Source: Rebecca billardiae RCC1528 (lineage: Eukaryota; Protista; Haptophyta). Taken from it: DNA of 64,000 nucleotides. The notes beneath the pieces were generated by a model, which searched no databases, was not told the origin of the DNA, and worked only from the letters and a program-made list of their open reading frames with translations. Position 1 is the stretch's first letter. Each line of letters starts with the position of its first letter. The position numbers and the translations under genes are program-made. The stretch spans positions 1,054,001 through 1,118,000 of the forward strand of contig OZ251238.1 in NCBI GenBank assembly GCA_965240325.2, in the 5' to 3' direction. This document shows positions 34,401 through 46,274 of the stretch, piece after piece.

Positions 34401-34936
34401 ACCGCGGACCGAGACGCGCGCGACGCCTCGGGGAGAGCCGTCGGAGCGGAGCGCGAGGGCGAGAGCAGAGCGCGAGGGGGAGACCAGCGGCCGGCCGGCT
34501 CCCGCCACCGCGCGCGCACCGCGGCGTACGCGGCGCCGACACGCACGTCCCCGGCCAGGGCGCCGCAGCGACGCCAACGCGAGCGAACGAGCGAGCGAGC
34601 AGCCGTGGGGACTCGCTCGCTACTCGCTAGACGCTCGGGCAAAGACCCTCCGTGCTCGTTCGAATAAATATACGGGGCCGCGCGCGCGCCTGGCGGCTCC
34701 GAGTATCCAACTTATTCGCGTATCTAAAATCCGTTTAGTGAATAAGTAGCAAAACTTGATCACTTCCAAGTGCCCGTAGTGTGTGGCCTATGTTTCCAGC
34801 ACCAAGTGATGCATCGGTAAATAACAGCGCGCCGCGCGCGCACGCAGTACGCCGACATGCAGTAGTTGAGGAGGACCCTGACCATGCACATCAACATGCA
34901 CTTTCAAAAGGTTGCTGCGCTTAGGCCCGGTTTGTA

Positions 34937-35150
34937 GGCGGGTAACTTGTTACTTTTTACAAGCCGCCATAGGCGCCATTCAAAGAATCTCGTTTAACAT
35001 TAGTGCACAGGTGGTTCATCCATCGAGGCAGGCGGGTAATGTGGTTGAACAAGCGCTATTCAAAAGAATCTCTTTTAATATTATAAGGCGGTCGTTCATC
35101 CATCGAGACAGGCGGGTAGCTGTTTAAACAAAGCGCTATTCAGAAGCATC
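34937..35150. repeat. Degenerate tandem repeat, about 79-bp period, 2.5-3 copies, AT-rich
   Basis: Recurrent aggcgggta...caagcgctattcaaaagaatctc...gttcatccatcgag.caggcgggta. Confidence 0.7.
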
Positions 35151-36271
35151 TGGCCTCATAGCTGTTTTCGACCCAAAACAATCAAACGTCGCTCGGCAAA
35201 CTCGTACTCCAGCATACAAGAATGACAAAAATACTCACTTGTTTCACCCCCGGGGTATCTGATCCCACGTCCGTCCATCGACTTATGCGGAATGGCGTGG
35301 GCGCGCTTATTTCGTCAAGCGCGTAGTTGCTAACTGCAGAGCACTATGGGCCAACGTACCCCTCGAAAAAGCGAAAACTCACCCTCCAACACCCCTCAAA
35401 ATCGTCCCCCGTCCCCTTTTCTTTGATCAAAAGATCTTTTTGACAACGTAGTGAGGGCCCCCGGCGGGGCTCCACTCCACGCTACGCGCTCCGCCCTACA
35501 CCGCGGGCCATAACTAGTCAGGCAGGTCAGTGCATTAATGAGCAACGCCGAACGCGGCAGCCCGATCTGCCGCGCATCCGTGGCACGGAGCCAATCGTCA
35601 TGTAGTGTGCAATCGGTCCGAATGTCGTCATCACACTACACTAACTACACTCTACAGCACCGTTCAAAATAGAAATGGGAGCAGCTACGGGACGCATCCG
35701 CCACTCGTCTCTTCTCTACAGACGTCACAGCGTTGCGTGTTGCTGCTCCGGCGGCATCATCAGCATCACGCACTCACGCGCCTATATTATTTCGGGCGTG
35801 CAACTGCAAATGAGCCGAGCGCGTGCAAGCTGAATTGCGGGTTGGCTGACTGCGACTGCGACGCAGTCGGCGTTGCAGATCGCGCGTAGTCGGTGTGACA
35901 ATTGGTGGCAGAGACGACGGATGACAGCATGCCGAAGCGGCGCATGCCCTTCCAATTGGTGTCTACTTGCCCACCATCCACCCCGGCGGACGATCCAGCG
36001 ATGGCGCCGCGACTCTGAGCGCGCACAGTAGGCGAGGTGCGCTGGCGGGACGAGCCGGGCGGCACTGAACCCACTGAAGCCGGGGCCACAACCTTTCCTG
36101 AAGGGTCTTTAGCTTAGGCCGCCCCCATATCCTCGCGTCGCGTCGTCTCGCGCTGCTCACCTGTACGTCTGTCGTGCGCACGCTGGCTGCCGTAGTTCAT
36201 ACTGTCATAGCAGACGACTGCTGCCAGGCTATTGGCGCAGCCCGGAGCCCATGGGCCGCCATCCGTACTCC

Positions 36272-37024
36272 TCAGCGGCCACCGCGCCCGCCACGCCCAG
36301 CACGCCCGCCGCGCTTCCCGCGCCCGCCGCGCCCGCCGCCGCGCCCGCCGCCGCGCCCGCCGCCGCGCCCGCCGCCGCGCCCGCTCTCGGGCTGCGCAGG
36401 CGCGGCGCCCTCCGTGCCGCGCCCGCTGCCCGTGCCCTCGCGCTGGCTGCGCTCAATGTACGCGGTGCGCTCCTCGTCCGAGAGCGCCTGCCACTTGGCG
36501 CCGAGGGCCTTTGCAATGTCGCCGAAGGAGAGCTCGGGGTTCTCCGCCTTGACCGCCGGGCGATGGTCACGGCAGAAGACGATGAAGGCGCGCGCGCTCG
36601 CCGAGAGCTGGTGCGCGCCGCCGCCGCTGCCGCTGCCGCGCGCCCCCCCGCCCTTCTTCTTCCCAAAGCCCTTGCCGCGCGCGACGAGCGGCTGCACGTG
36701 CACGATCCCGTCCTCGAAGTCGGAGTCGCCGTCGAGAGGCACCTCGTCGATGTCGATGCGCGCGCGCTTCTGCCCCGGCGGGCCGTGCCAGTGGTACGCG
36801 ACGAAGCGCCAGAGCCGTCGGCACTCGTCCTCGTCGCGACTCGTCAGGCTCGCGACCGCGCTCCAGTCGATGGTCTCCGACTTGTTCGAGGCGACGACCG
36901 AGTGCACCATCTCGACAAAGCGCTGCACCTCCACGAGGGAGTGCCGCGACGTCACGAGCACCTGCGGATCCAAGTCATCCACGCGCCGGTACGGCGGCAG
37001 ATCGCGATCGCGCCGCGGCGCCAT
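36272..37024 (-). CDS. HMG-box protein with N-terminal Myb/SANT-like helix and RGG tail
   Basis: HMG box 'AFIVFCRDHRPAVKAENPELSFGDIAKALGAKWQALSDEERTAY'; 'IDWSAVA...RDEDECRRLWRFVAY'; (GGRG)n C-terminus. Confidence 0.88.
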   Translation of the reverse strand: MAPRRDRDLPPYRRVDDLDPQVLVTSRHSLVEVQRFVEMVHSVVASNKSETIDWSAVASLTSRDEDECRRLWRFVAYHWHGPPGQKRARIDIDEVPLDGDSDFEDGIVHVQPLVARGKGFGKKKGGGARGSGSGGGAHQLSASARAFIVFCRDHRPAVKAENPELSFGDIAKALGAKWQALSDEERTAYIERSQREGTGSGRGTEGAAPAQPESGRGGGRGGGRGGGRGGGRGGRGKRGGRAGRGGRGGR

Positions 37025-37610
37025 CGTCGCCCAACGATCCACTACCGGAACAACTCGTCAGGCCAACAAATAAAAGGAATCGCTTATTATGACGCGATGC
37101 TGCATGGGGGAAACTCTAAAAACAAGTGCCTCCGCTGGTCTTGCACGCGCGGGAAACTCTCACTGTGACAACTCGGCGGCACGGTTCACTATCGGAAACG
37201 GCCACTGCCGCCACTGCGCCGCCACGAGACGTTCGCATGAGACAGAGTCCGAGGTCCGACGCTTGGTGCTGCCAGCAAACAAGGCCACACGTAAGCGCCG
37301 CGTCGACTCTTGACAATTCCGCGAGCTGGCTGGGCGGTCCGTACTCCGTGCGCCGGCAGCGCCGCGTGCCGCAGGCGGCACGGGCAGCGGCTGTGCGGGT
37401 TGATGATGCCGCCGCGCCAGCCGAGCGGCCGCGCGCCGACGACGGCGTCGCGGCGCGCACTCCCCGGCGGCGGCCGCTAGTGCCCGTGCGGCCGTTATGC
37501 GCTCAGGCATCAGCTGGAGCTCGCGTGCCGATGCGAGGCCGCTGCGCCGTGCAGCGCGGCTCAGCGCGCTGTGCGCCGCGCCGAGCAGACAACGGCACGC
37601 GCCGTGCGGG

Positions 37611-38664
37611 CTACTTGCCCGCGCAGCACGCGGGCTTCTTTTTGCCCGCCGCGGACGCTGAGCCCACGCTCACCGTCCCGCCGCCGCCGCCGCCCAGGCC
37701 GCCTCCGCCGCCGCCGCCCGCGCCGCCGCCCGCCGCCACTAGCCGCCCGACCACGTCGCGCGCGAGCGTGAGGAATGCGTCATCGACATTCAGCCTGGTG
37801 CGCGCGGAAGTCTCAAAGAATTTCATCCCGTACTCGTCGGCGAGCTGCTGGCCCTGCGCGGCGGAGACCTGCCGCTCGGCGGACAGGTCGGCCTTGTTGC
37901 CGATCAGCACTTTGTCCACGGTCTGCGGCGCGTTCGCCTCGATATTGGCTGCGCGGGAGGCGCGGCCGGGCGCCAGCGTGAGACAGAGGCCGCGGCGCGC
38001 GCGCACTCGCCTCCGCACCCGCACGGTGCCGCGCCGCGCGCCCGACGCTGCCGCCAAAACGCACCGACCCAGTTGCGGATGTTCTCCCACGTCTTCACCT
38101 TGGTCACGTCGTAGATCAGGAAGATCCCCATCGCGCCGCGGTAGTACGCCTGCGTGATCGTGCGGAAGCGCTCCTGCCCGGCTGTATCCCAGATCTGAAG
38201 TTTCACACGCCGACCATCGATCTCCATGGTCTGCGCGGCGGCGGGGCGCGCGGCGCGGCGGGCTCGTGGGCGGCCCGGCGCGAGGCCGATCCCGCACGCG
38301 CCGCGCGCACGGGCGCACCTTGATCTTGAAGTCGATGCCGATCGTCGCGAGGACTGACTCGTTAAAATCGTCGTCGGCGAATCTGAGCAGGAGCGACGTC
38401 TTGCCGACGGTCGTGTCGCCAATCATCATGAGCTGCGGCGCGCGCGGGGTGCGCAGGGCGATTGGTGGCTGAGCACTCCCCCTGCGCCCGCTGGCGCGCG
38501 GCTGCGGCGACGCGGCGCCCGGGTCTGTGCTCTGCCGCGCGCACGCGCCCGCTGCTCGCGGCAGCAGACGATCGGGGCTCACTCTCGCGCGCGCCGGGCT
38601 GGCGCACCTTAATCTGCATGTCGAAATTCCGAGCGGCGCCGGCTCCTCCCTGCGGAGCCGCCAT
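37611..38664 (-). CDS. RAB8: Rab8/Sec4/RabE-family small GTPase; exons 38664-38608, 38432-38319, 38230-38065, 37948-37611
   Basis: [54 protein letters not shown]-terminal CCAGK. Three GT-AG introns give a continuous frame. Confidence 0.92.
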
Positions 38665-39687
38665 GTCCGCGGCGCGTGCGCTCGAGAGCCGCCGCGCTGT
38701 CGCTGCCTCGCCCAACGGCCCGACGCGTGCGCGGGCGTAGCAGCACCTTGGCGGCGGAGGGCCAAGAGAGCTGGTCAGCCTGGCCGACCGAGGGCAGCTG
38801 AGGCGGGCAGGCGCCGCAGAATTTCAGCATGGCGGCCGCTCGCTTTGCCGGCTACACCTCAAGCCTTACTTACCCTTGGTAGCCTTCTCGGCACGATGCG
38901 CATTTCATCTCGTCGCGCGCGCACGCGCCTCAGTCCTGGACGCGCCGAACCACGGCGTGATGCCGCACGGCACCGCCGGCGCAAGTCGGGGAGAGTGCAC
39001 GCTCAGCGCAGTCATGAGCTTCGTGTCGTGCGCTCGCAGAGCGGGGAGGTGAGCCATTCGGGCAAATGCACGCCGATGCGCGCTCGGGCACTGGTCTGGC
39101 TGTCGAGGTGGGCTGGTTTGCGCGCGCGGGGCGATGAACGGACTTGCATCTGGGCGATTGTTGTCCCATCGCGCCCTGTGGATCAGGGTCCTTAACGCAG
39201 GGCCCGGCCCGGCCGGAGCAGGCAGGAGCACGGGCGGTGCACTTCCGGCCCAGTCGATTTGGAAATGCACTTGCGATGAGTCAGCGTAGGCGGATGCTTG
39301 CGCTCCGCGTTGGCACAGGCCGCACAGCGCCGAGGCGGACTTGCTGCGCGGTTCGCGGGACTTACTGTGACACGGTCCGCGAGTCTCAGGCCGACGGCGC
39401 GGCTGTCGTCTGTCGGGCACTAAGTATTAATGACCCGCGACCGGCCCGGCCGGACCAGCTCGAGCAGAGATGTCTGCTACGCGTGCGAGCCTTGGTGGGC
39501 AGCCGCAAACGGAGGCCCCTGCGGTGTCGGCGATCGTGCTCGCGAGCAGCGGCGTGTACGAGTACGGTCTGCCGCCCACTCCGGGGAAGAATGAGCTGCG
39601 AGTTACTCAGGTTGAGGGTGCGGGCAAAGCCTCTTGGCGCAAAATCTTGCCTTCTTATCCTCTGAATTACGCGCGAATCGGCGATGT

Positions 39688-39760
39688 GCCCTGATAGCTC
39701 AGTCGGTAGAGCGCACGCCCTTTAAGCGTGTGGCCCCGGGTTCGAGCCCCGGTCAGGGTG
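39688..39760 (+). tRNA. tRNA-Lys(UUU) with C at position 33
   Basis: Cloverleaf GCCCTGA/TCAGGGT, D arm GCTC/GAGC, anticodon stem CACGC/GCGTG with loop CCTTTAA, T arm CCGGG-TTCGAGC-CCCGG, discriminator G, downstream TTTT terminator. Confidence 0.92.
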
Positions 39761-40269
39761 CTACTTTTGCGCGTAGCCGTTTTCACCGACTTTTGACGCA
39801 CTTTCGCCCACTGTCGCTCGGCCGATTATACCGGGGCGCCGCTGTGCCACTGACGCAGCATACTACCGTCGGATACCGCGCTACTTGAAAACGACTGTAC
39901 GCTTGCTTCGTATGCGGAGCGCTAACGGCGTGCAGGCATAGGGTGATCAAGCGCGGGTCCGAGTGCCGGTCCGCCGCAGCGCGTCGCCGCGGGCTGTCCG
40001 AAACGTTTGCCGAGACGATCGGGAGACTTCATATCGAGTTCGGCGGCCGCCGCGTCCGCATCATCAGCAGCAAGAACTCTGAGTCGGCGGGGTAGTGACC
40101 CGCGCCGGGCCCGGTCCGTATAACGATCCGTATAATAACGGTCAGGCCGCCGTGAGCCAACGGCACCGGGTGAACTGAGACTCGGAGTCGACTGCTGTGG
40201 CAACGGACGGCGGATCGCTGCTTGCAACGGCCCAGGTCGGTCCGAGCCGCTGCCCGCGCGGGGAGCCGG

Positions 40270-43200
40270 TCACGACGACAGCGCGGTGCCGGGCGGTTCG
40301 GGTGCTTCAGACTGTTCTGCCGCTGCCGCCGGCGCTGCTGATGCCGCGGCGTCTGCACCGCCAGCACCGCCCCCGGAATCGTTCGGCGCCACCTTCTCGG
40401 CCGCAGCGGTCGGCGGGGGTGCCACCTCCGACGCCTGGGCAGCGTCCTCCGCTTTGGGCTCCGCCGCAGGCCTCGCGCCGCCGTTGGCAGCTGGGCTCAC
40501 CCTGTCCGCCTCCGCCGCGCCGGCCGGCGCCGCAGCGTGCCCAGCTGACTCAGCCAACCTAGCTGCGGGCGCGGCCGCCGCCGGCTCCGCCGCTGCGCCC
40601 GCGGGTGGCTCAGCGCGTGCGTCGTCGGCAGGGGCGCGCGCCGGCGCGGCGGCGCCAGGCGCCGCCGCCGCGGCGGCCATCGCGGGCTCCAGCGGCGCGC
40701 GCGCGGCCTGCGGCGGCGGCGTGGGCGCTTGCTGCTGCTGGTGGGGCGACGACTTGGCCGACGCGCCCCCGCCTGATGCCACCGGGTGGGCGGGCCGTGC
40801 GCTCGCGGGCGTGGGCCTCGAGCTGCCAGCCAGACCGATCCCGACGCCTGTCGGGGTCGGGGCAGGCCCCGGCGCCAGGCCAGTCGCCCAGAAAGGGGCC
40901 AAGGAGGCGGCGGGCGTCGACGCGTCGCCTCTGCAGGTGGGCGAGACGTCGCCGGCGGACGCGGCGCGGGGCGCGGAGTGCGGCCTGTGTCCGCCGCCGC
41001 CCCCGCAGCCACCCCCGCCGCCGCCGTGCGTCGCGCCCGAACGCGAGATTGGCCATAGGACGGCGTGCGGCGTGTTCGCGTCGTTGGCGGGCGCGACCAC
41101 GAATCGCTCGCGCAGGTGAGCCTCCAGGGCCTGCTCCGAGGCCAGCGGCAGCCCGTGGGTCTGAGCGCGGCGAGCGCGCGGCGCGGTTGGCGCGGAAGGG
41201 GTGCGCTCGGGTGAGACGCCGGATGGAGGGAGGGGTACTGCCAGTCTCGCACGTGCGTGAGGCGCTGGGCGCGCGGGGCGCGCCGTGCAGCCGCCGTGCA
41301 GGAGCGGTGCGCGGTGCGCGCTCTCGCGCGCAGGCTGGGAGATCGCAATCTCGGCGCGGGCGCAGCGCACCTCTGCGAACGTGCGCACGAGCTGCGGCAG
41401 CGGCGCGCCTTGCGGCACGTGCAGCGTCGCACTCTGCCCGTGGGGCAGAACGACCGTCAGCCGCGCAAGCAGCCGCGGCGGCGGGCTGCTCGGGCGCGGG
41501 CTCGCGTCACCGGAGCCGCCCGCGCCGGCGTGGCGCGCGGGGCCACTTGGCTGATGCTGGTGGTCGTCGTTCTCGTCGTCGTCGTCGTCGTCGTCCACGT
41601 CGCCGCAGCACGCGGACGAGGAGCCCTGCGTGTTTCGGCTGAGGCCGTTGATACTCTCGGCAGAAATAACGGCACTGCGCGCGCCAGGGAGAAGTGAGCA
41701 GCGCGGCAGCGTGCGCGCGCGGCGGGGCGGGGCGCGCGGGCGCGTCGCGCGCTCAGCTGTGGGCACGGGCGCTGGCATGCCGGGCCGTGTGCCGCGCTCC
41801 GCGGCGGGGTGCGCGCGCTGCCCGGCACGCGCGCAGGCTGTGCTCCGACGCGCGCGGCACGGCATGCATGGGCCGGAGCGCGACCGGGCGCGCGCACATA
41901 CCTGGGCGGGCTTGCGGTGCGGCGGAGCGGGCTCGGGGTTCGGTGTCGTTCGAATGGGTCACCGGCTTCGCCGGCCGTCTTCGGCTCGGGGCTTCGGCCG
42001 CGCGCGGCGCCGACGCAGCCGCCAGCCAGCTCGACGCCGCCCGCGCCGCGATGGCCGGAGCACGAGTGCGCGGCGTAACCGCCGGCGTAACCGCCGCCGC
42101 TTGGATAGGAGCACCCGTGTGCGTCCGAATCCGTCGAGCCCCTGCGCTCGCCGTAGATGCCGGGCGCGCAGCTGCTGCTCGTCGAGGCCCGCCACCCGCG
42201 GAAGCCGTACGGGTGCACGTGGTGGCTATGGCTGGAGATCGCGCCATCGGCCGCGGCGCCCGCGCCGCCGCGCGCGCACCGCGACTCCGCCTCAGCAAGG
42301 GCCGCGCAGAGCAGTCCGCTCAGGGCCAGGACGGCCAGCAGTGCCACGCCCTGGCTCTGCGCCTGCGCGAGGAGCTGGCCGCTCGGCGCGACGACGACCG
42401 CGCCCGCCGCGCCGATCGCCGTCCCGAGCCCGAGCGACCGCAGGGCGTCCGCGCGCTTCCGCCGCGCCGACGCGCCGAACGTCAGCGGCTCGACAAGATC
42501 GATCAGCATGGCCGCCGGCGCGGAGAGCGGAGCGTGCGCGCGCGCGCGAGCGCGCTGCGCGACGACGACGCCGGCGGCACTCGCCGCGCCCGCGGCGCAG
42601 CCGAGCAGCGCGGCCGCGGCGAGCGGCAGCAGCGCGCACGCGCCGGAGGTCGCCAGCAGCCCAGCGAGGGCCCCTAGCATCGCCGGTGCCAACGCCGGCC
42701 GCTCGCGCGCCGCGCCGACGTGCACGCACGCCGCGGCGCCGAGGCCTGCGAGCGCTCCCAGCTGCGTCTGCAGCAGCGCGGCGCGCAGGACGGGGCGCGG
42801 GTCCGCGGCGAACGAGTCCTCGCGGAAGCCCTCGTCGGCGAGGTCGTCCGCGAGCGCGCCCGCCGTGTACGCGACCGCGCTGCCGGCGGCGCATGCCGAC
42901 GCTGAAGCGTACATCAGCAGAGCGCCAATGGCCGTCTGCGTCGTGCCACCGCGGGCATCCTCGGTGACGTCCGCACTTCCGTCGAGCTCGGCGCGAATCA
43001 GCCTCGTGAGCGCGTCGCCGCCGCCGCCGGCGCGAGCCGAGCGCACGGCGCGGAAGCTTCCGCGCTCGACACCGCCGCCGCCGCCGCCGCCCACGCTGTC
43101 GCCGCCGTCGACGGCGAGCGGAGGCATCGCCGCCGTCGCGCGCCACGAGAACGCGGCCGCTCCGACCAGGCCGGCACCGAAGATGCACATGCACCCGCCG

Positions 43201-44736
43201 ACGTCGATCGCGCCGACGGGCGAGCGCAGCCAGCCCTCTGGCGCCCAGAGCGCGTGCGCGCACGGCAGGTACGCGAGCAGGGCCCACGTCGGCGGCAGCC
43301 ATGCCGGCACCGTCGGCCCGCCCGGCCCGCCTGCGAGGGCGAGCAGTGACGCCCCAAGCGCGGCGCGTACGCCCCAGAAAAGACAGGCCGCGACGGCCGC
43401 GCCCGCGCGCGCCGCATCCTCCGCCGCCGCCTCATCCGCCGGCCCGCCGCGGCTCGCGTCCTCGTAGTCGAACGCGCGCGGCGTGATCGGCAGGTACTGC
43501 GCGAGCGCGCGGACCACCGCGGCGGACGAGCCGACCAGCTGCGGCAGCAGCAGCTGCGCGACAACCGCGAGCGCGCCGCCAAAAAGAGCGGGTATCGTCG
43601 CCATCAGCACGAGCTGGTGCGCCGGCCGCGGCTGCTCCGAGCGCACGCCGAGCGAGCGGAGCGCGGGCGGCGCGTCGAGGCCGCTCGGCGCGCGCGCCAG
43701 GCCAAGCAGTGGCACCGACGGGCGACGCTGAGTCACCGGACTCACCTCCGGATCGCGGACGTCCGCGACGATTGTGACAGAGCGGCCCGGCGGCGCCTGC
43801 GAGCCCGCGTCGCCGCCGCCGCCGGTGCGCATGGCCGACTGGCGGGTCGCCGCGGCCGAGGCGGAGGCGCGCTCGGGAGAATCGTTGGGCGCTCCCGCCC
43901 CGCGCGGCGCGGCGCCCGGGCCCGGCGGCGAGCCGGCCAGCCGGTCGGAGAAGGAAAGTCCGGACGAGAAGAGAAGTCCGGATGCGCCCAGCCGCAGCGA
44001 GAGACCGGCGTCCCCGCCCGCCACCTCCTCCGCGGTGAGCGTGCCGTCGTCCAGCGGCGCGCTCAGCAGCACGACGCCGAGGGGCCCCAGCAGCGTGATC
44101 AGCGCCAGGATATTCAGGAGCGCCGCTCGCCTCCGCAACTGCTGGTGCCATTCGGCGCCGCTGCCGCCGGCGCCGCCCGGCGGCGGCTGCGGGCGCGTCG
44201 GCCCGCGCCGCGCGCCGCCGTCCGCGCCGCCCGCGTCGGCGCGCCCGCGCGTGCCGCGCGAGCCGGCGCCGATCATCGCGTCGTCCGCGGCGCTCGCGCG
44301 CGCGCGGAAGATCGTCGTGCGCTCGCTGTGCACGCGGCGCGCGACGTCGGCGGCGCCGCAGCCAAAGCAGGTGCCGCCGCCGCCGTCGGCGGCACCGCCC
44401 ACCGGCTCGGCGAAGGCGCACCAGCCGAAGCCGTGCTCGCGCGCGAGCGTGATGCACAGCGGCGCGGAGCGCACGCGCGCCGCGAGCAGCGCGCCGCAGC
44501 CCGCGTGCTCAAAGAGCGCTGCTGGGTGCGCGGGGTCGTCAGCTGCCGCCCCGCCGCCGCCCGGCCCTGGCACCGGCCGCGGCCAGCCCGGAGGCTCGGC
44601 GCTCGAGTGAGGCGGCGGCGGTGGCGGCGAGGCGGTCCAGCCGATGGCGGGCGAGCGGTGGGGCGGCGGCGACGAGTGGGAGACGACGCCGCCGTGCGCA
44701 GCCGCGCCACCGCCGCCGCCTCCGCCACCGATGCTA

Positions 44737-44768
<32 letters not shown>

Positions 44769-46022
44769 GCCGCCGCCACCAGCCACGAACGCGCCAACCC
44801 GATAGATGTCGAAGGCGGGGTCGGGCTCGGGCGTGCGCAGTGCCTGCTCCTCGGTGCACGCGTAGCAGTACCCCGTCGCGCTCGAGAAGGAAAAGTACGG
44901 CTGGCCGCGCGCCCACGCTGTCTCACTCACAGAGCGTGCGCACCCTTCCACGCTCACCGCCGCAGTGTCCACGGGCCAGCGCCGCAGGCCGCAGCGCGCG
45001 CGCGCGCGCGCGACGCCCGCCGCGTGGGGCGGCGCGGGCGGCAGCGCGCGCGGCGCGGGCGAGGCGCTTGGCGGCGAGTGCGCCACCAAGTGCGCCGCGC
45101 CGCCGCCGGCCGCGCCGCCCGCGCGCCCGCCGCCGCCGCCGCGCGGCGCGCGCGGCGACTTGGGCGGCGGTGGCGACGACGGCTGCCCGGCAAAGCGCAC
45201 CGTCTCGAAGATCGCGTATCGCACGTCCGACCAGCGCTTCCCGAGCTGCTCCGGCGTGCACGCGAAGCAGTACTGCAGCTGCGGCGAGAAGTTGAAGTAA
45301 GGCGCGCCCTCCGCCTCCGAGATCACAATCTCGGCGCACGCGCGCGGCGACGGCACCTCTGCGGAGACGCGGGGCGGCGCGAGGCAGGGCGCGGCAGCGA
45401 GGGGCGAGGGCACGAGCGACGCGGTCACACAACGCAGCGCCGGCCGGCCGGGACGGACGCGGTGTGGCACCAGGCGGCGCGTACGGCCACGGGGCGATGG
45501 GTGTGGCGGTCGCGCCGCGCGGCGCCGGGCGTGTGGCTGCCTGGCAGCCGAGCCCAGGCGGCGCGCGGCGCGGCGCGCAGGGCGCGCACCGGTTGCTGTG
45601 GGCGAGTGCCACGCGCCGCAGCGCGCCGCGGGGTAGATCGCGCCGAGCGCGCCGGGTGAGAGCGGGCTTGGTGACGGCGACGGTGGCGGCGCGGGGTGCG
45701 CCGCCGGCGGCGGCGAGCGCAGCGGCGGCGGGGGCGAGGGTGGCGGCTGGTGCAGCTCGACGAAGTCGGTCGTGGCGTACACCGCGTACCCCGCCGCCGG
45801 CGTGCGCTCGTCATTCGCGCCGCACGCGAAGCAGAGCTGGTAGGGGCCGCCAAAGGCGAAGAAGGGAGCGCGGCGCGCTGCCGCGTTGAGCGCGCATTCG
45901 TCGGCGCCGTCGGCGCTGCCGATGGGCGCGCCGCAGCCAGCCTCTGTCGCCACCGGCGCGGGCGCCTGCTGCGCCGCGGCGCAGCCCAGCAGCGCGGCCG
46001 CGAGCACGGCGAGGCGGAGCAT
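40270..46022 (-). CDS. Large membrane protein: signal peptide, four Cys-rich repeats, degenerate ammonium transporter (Amt)-like domain, long low-complexity tail; exons 46022-45590, 45358-41902, 41674-41371, 41160-40270
   Basis: Signal MLRLAVLAAALLGCAAA; four 'CG..x..C..x..F.F..x..C(F/Y).C..x..(I/V)(F/Y)' repeats; Amt-like motifs 'QLVLMATIPALFGGALA', 'WALLAYLPCAHALWAPEGWL..GAIDVGG', 'GALLMY..AAGSA', 'GALAGLLATSGACALL'. Three GT-AG introns join the ORFs in frame. Confidence 0.8.
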
Positions 46023-46274
46023 GAAGGCGCGCGCGCACGAGGGTCGAGCAGCGTCAGCTCGCACGAAGGCGGCGCGGGTTCGTAGCGCCGACTCGATGAA
46101 GACTCCGCTGCCGAGATTCGTCCCAAATCTGTTGCGGGCTTGCGGGCTTGCGCGCTGGCGGCAAGCGGAGAGCTCTCCCGCTCTCCGGACTGCGCGTTTG
46201 TGACCGAATCAGCGCCCGGCCGTGAACTTCGCTGATGGTGCGCGCGGCGGCCCGGCGCGCCTCTCACTTTCAGG

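Noticed and set aside
39688-39760. tRNA-Lys as primer for the copia element
   Set aside because: No complementarity seen between the tRNA and the sequence following the 5' LTR.
43617-45659. Long antisense or alternate-frame ORFs (also 18829-20784, 13132-14457, 31460-32782)
   Set aside because: Shadows of real GC3-rich genes, caused by stop-codon scarcity.
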